Source: Basidiobolus meristosporus CBS 931.73
Lineage: Eukaryota > Fungi > Basidiobolomycota
Assembly: GCA_002104905.1 (NCBI GenBank)
Contig: MCFE01000011.1
Coordinates: 186,001 to 250,000, forward strand
Reading direction: 5' to 3'
Length of the DNA: 64,000 nt
Part shown: positions 61,301-64,000 of the stretch, piece after piece
Position numbering within the stretch: position 1 is the stretch's first letter
Layout: every line of letters starts with the position of its first letter
The notes under the pieces: model-generated
What the model was told of the DNA's origin: nothing
The model's database searches: none
The model's input: only the letters and a program-made list of their open reading frames with translations
Made by a program: the position numbers and the translations under genes

Positions 61301-61755
61301 CTATACGCACGAACTTCAATCTAAGCGGACCGGTGAAACTAGGTAACCTGAGTGGTGTAAGTAGATTATTCTGTGAATACTAGTTGGTCTAGCGGCTTCT
61401 ATTCGAAATATCCTATTGTTCCACCCTGACTAACCCTAAAATACTTTGAATTGGATTCAAGAGACAAAGCGGAATCTGTCGTGATATATGAGGAATGATC
61501 TGTTTTCCAGTACTCTCCATGATGGTCGGTTAATTAAAAATTTTCACATTGGTGCAATTTGACGAGTCTTAGAGTCCTAGATCAGTCCTGGTACTATCTT
61601 TCTTTAAAATGATGAATTCACCACGATTTTGTCTGATGTTTCCTCTTGATGCTCATCTAGTTTGATCTCTCTGTATTAGCCTTTAAACTTGTTCTTGGGG
61701 TATATATACTTTCAAGTTCGGCTTTCCAAAGCAAGTCCAACATAAAGATTACATC

Positions 61756-62397
61756 ATGCCGGTTATCGAGGCAATTGGTGGTGTCATAGGAGTCGCTATA
61801 TTTTGCTCAGTTATCGTTCGTAGAGTCCGTATCAAAAAGCGACAGCAAAGAGCAAATAAGGAAACAAAGGCATTGTGGAAGCGCCGAAAGTTTGTTTATG
61901 GCAGTCCACAGGTAATCCGAGACTCGATCAATACACCGTTCAGTAATACTGACACTGAGCCACCAATTGCTACTGTCAACTACTACCCAAGTGCTTCTGC
62001 TGTTGTGACTCCAAACATCATATTACCTCCCATCCATTTTCGTGGAGATAATGTCTTTTGCTCCTATCCTTCAACGGTTCCGGTCTCCCCTATTCCACCT
62101 CTCCCCAATCAACAAATTGATCAGTATCCTGTACAGTCTATCAACGGTTCAATCGAAGGAAGGGAGAATGATGTGGAACTCGAAGATTTAAGCCCTCCAG
62201 CACCAACAACCCCCAACTTATATGAGGAAATACCCTCCGCTCCAAGTTTAGAAGTTCCAGAATTTGCTGAGAATGACTTCCCAGAATTACCGGCTTCACC
62301 CTCTTCAAGGCAAAAACCAAGTGCACCTGCACTGGACGATTTGGAGTTGACAGCCGCTTCTGTTACAACAAGTACGCCCGGAAGAAGTACAGAATAG
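61756..62397 (+). CDS. Single-pass membrane protein with N-terminal TM and Pro-rich cytosolic tail carrying two PSAP motifs (213 aa)
   Basis: ATG ORF with TATATATA near 61701. Hydrophobic IGGVIGVAIFCSVIV is followed by a basic stop-transfer RRVRIKKR. PSAP occurs at 62233-62244 and 62317-62328. Confidence 0.7.
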   Translation: MPVIEAIGGVIGVAIFCSVIVRRVRIKKRQQRANKETKALWKRRKFVYGSPQVIRDSINTPFSNTDTEPPIATVNYYPSASAVVTPNIILPPIHFRGDNVFCSYPSTVPVSPIPPLPNQQIDQYPVQSINGSIEGRENDVELEDLSPPAPTTPNLYEEIPSAPSLEVPEFAENDFPELPASPSSRQKPSAPALDDLELTAASVTTSTPGRSTE

Positions 62398-62883
62398 AGC
62401 AGCTTTTTGGTTGGGCTACAAGTTGTATTTTTTTACGCAAGCCAGAAAAATCGGCACTTTTCCGTTGGGAAATATTGAATTTACTTCTGGTAAATCCTAC
62501 TGCTCTACCGTGTTTCCTTCATGCGTTAGGCTGCTTATCCCTTCTATTCTATCGCCAACGGAACCCTATCGAGGGAGCTGATAACTACCTGCATCGCACT
62601 GCCATGACAACTCCTCGTCAGGCTCAGAGTGTCATCGATCCATTTTTCCTGCGGAACCTCTATTGGTACTCCCCATTGTGTATACTTACCCTTGGCAACA
62701 ATATAACGTAAAACGTCCCAAACCTATTCACACTTGTATACAATTAGCAACATTCAAAAATAAATCATATTTAATAATAGTGATCAGCATTTGAATAACA
62801 ACAATGTAATATAGGATTACTGTTGTAACAGATATATACAAAGGGTTCAATTGGGAATGGTTTACGATGACTGATGCTTCTTT

Positions 62884-64000
62884 CTAGACAGCGCTGTTAA
62901 ATGTTGCAGATGCAAACCCAATCGTAATCACACCTGTTAAAAACCATGTGACAACCATGTTTCCTTTAGGGTCGTATTTGAACGCGGAAGGTAACATGCC
63001 TTGTACCACAATCACTGTCATCAGACCGGAGACTATGCCAAATACAATCCCATACACAATGGATTGATACGTGGATTGCATATCACTAAGCAGGATATAT
63101 CCAATAATAGCTCCTAAAGGTTGCGACAGGCCACCTAATATCCCAGCATACAGAAACGCCTTGAGGCGGGATCCCGTAGATGCGTAGATTGGAATGGAAA
63201 TCATCAGCCCCTCAGGAATATTGTGGACGGCGATTGCGAAAAAAAGGCCCAATCCCACTGAAGACGAAACATGGCTTCCAAGATACATAATCAAGCCCTC
63301 TATGTTGTTGTAATGCTTGGTTAGCTGAAGAATTATGATCCACTTCCAGAAAGTCAATCTTACCGGGGAATTTGTGAATGGAGATTGCAATGGCGGTTTG
63401 AATACCCAAATTTAACAGTTGCAATCTTTGTTCAGTTTCCGTTTCCACTGCTGCTACATCTGCCATACAAACTATATCATGGCAATGTACAGATGTGATT
63501 TTGTGCAACGTTTCACATTGTTTTTGCTCCTCTTGATCATTATGGTGGTGATGGTGATGGTGGTGCTGATCCTGCTCGTGGGAGTGAGGACTATTGTGTG
63601 GTTCAAAACCTTCAATAGATTGGCTTGCGTGAGTGCCTGGACAAGTTACATCCTGTGTATATGAGTGACAGCGCTGAGGAATACAGTGCTGAGAAAGTGC
63701 ACCATAGCAGGCGACAGAGGAGTGTTCAGATACTAATGGTGCACTACTAGCTTCATGGCAATGGACACTGTTTTTGTCATTCTCGCTAGGAGACAACCCT
63801 ACATCTGCCTCTTCATCTGGCTCATCTATTGAAGGAGTATGGCAAGGACATATATCATGCGGGGAAATCCATCGGATCAACTGGTTTAGTACAAACGCCA
63901 ACGCTGTGCCGAGGGTGAACATGCACATTAGTACCAAGTTTTCATAGTGGTTTACTAGTTTCGAGGCAATAATGAATCTTCTCGATTCAGGCAGCAGTAT
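62884..64000 (-). CDS. ZIP family (ZupT/GufA-like) metal transporter, 5'-truncated by the window edge
   Basis: The frame is open to the window end (ILLPES..). Intron 63363-63300 joins HKFP|EGL. Motifs GIQTAIAISIHKFPEG, AIAVHNIPEG, GGLSQPLGA and SGLMT....GMLP. A His-rich cytosolic loop is present. Confidence 0.9.

Overview
Eukaryotic (fungal) genomic DNA. It has compact genes with short GT-AG introns (mostly 57-92 nt), TATA boxes, and intergenic spacers that contain decayed repeat-like sequence. Gene content and intron style suggest an early-diverging fungus (Zoopagomycota/Mucoromycota-like); this is inference, not a search result. About 27 protein-coding genes can be supported. Recognisable ones are a PL14 lyase, a Kre9/Knh1-like GPI wall protein, three alpha-arrestins, a PTR2 peptide transporter, a GILT-like thiol reductase, a 7-TM GPCR, SWC4/DMAP1, a HAL4/NPR1-like kinase, a UPF0658-like membrane protein, RPL31, a TPT-family transporter, a PA-TM-RING ligase and a 5'-truncated ZIP transporter. 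Two unexplained signals stand out. (1) Four 75-78 aa microproteins at 39.1, 40.0, 50.0 and 51.8 kb share a well-aligned C-terminal motif, each has its own TATA box, and they sit as two head-to-head pairs. (2) An intronless 1090 aa acidic protein interleaves 12 WxxxF pentapeptides (PEX5/PEX20-type PEX14-binding motifs) with six copies of a second motif that I do not recognise, and has no TPR domain. I found no rRNA, tRNA or CRISPR features. All gene models and alignments were done by hand and no database was searched.
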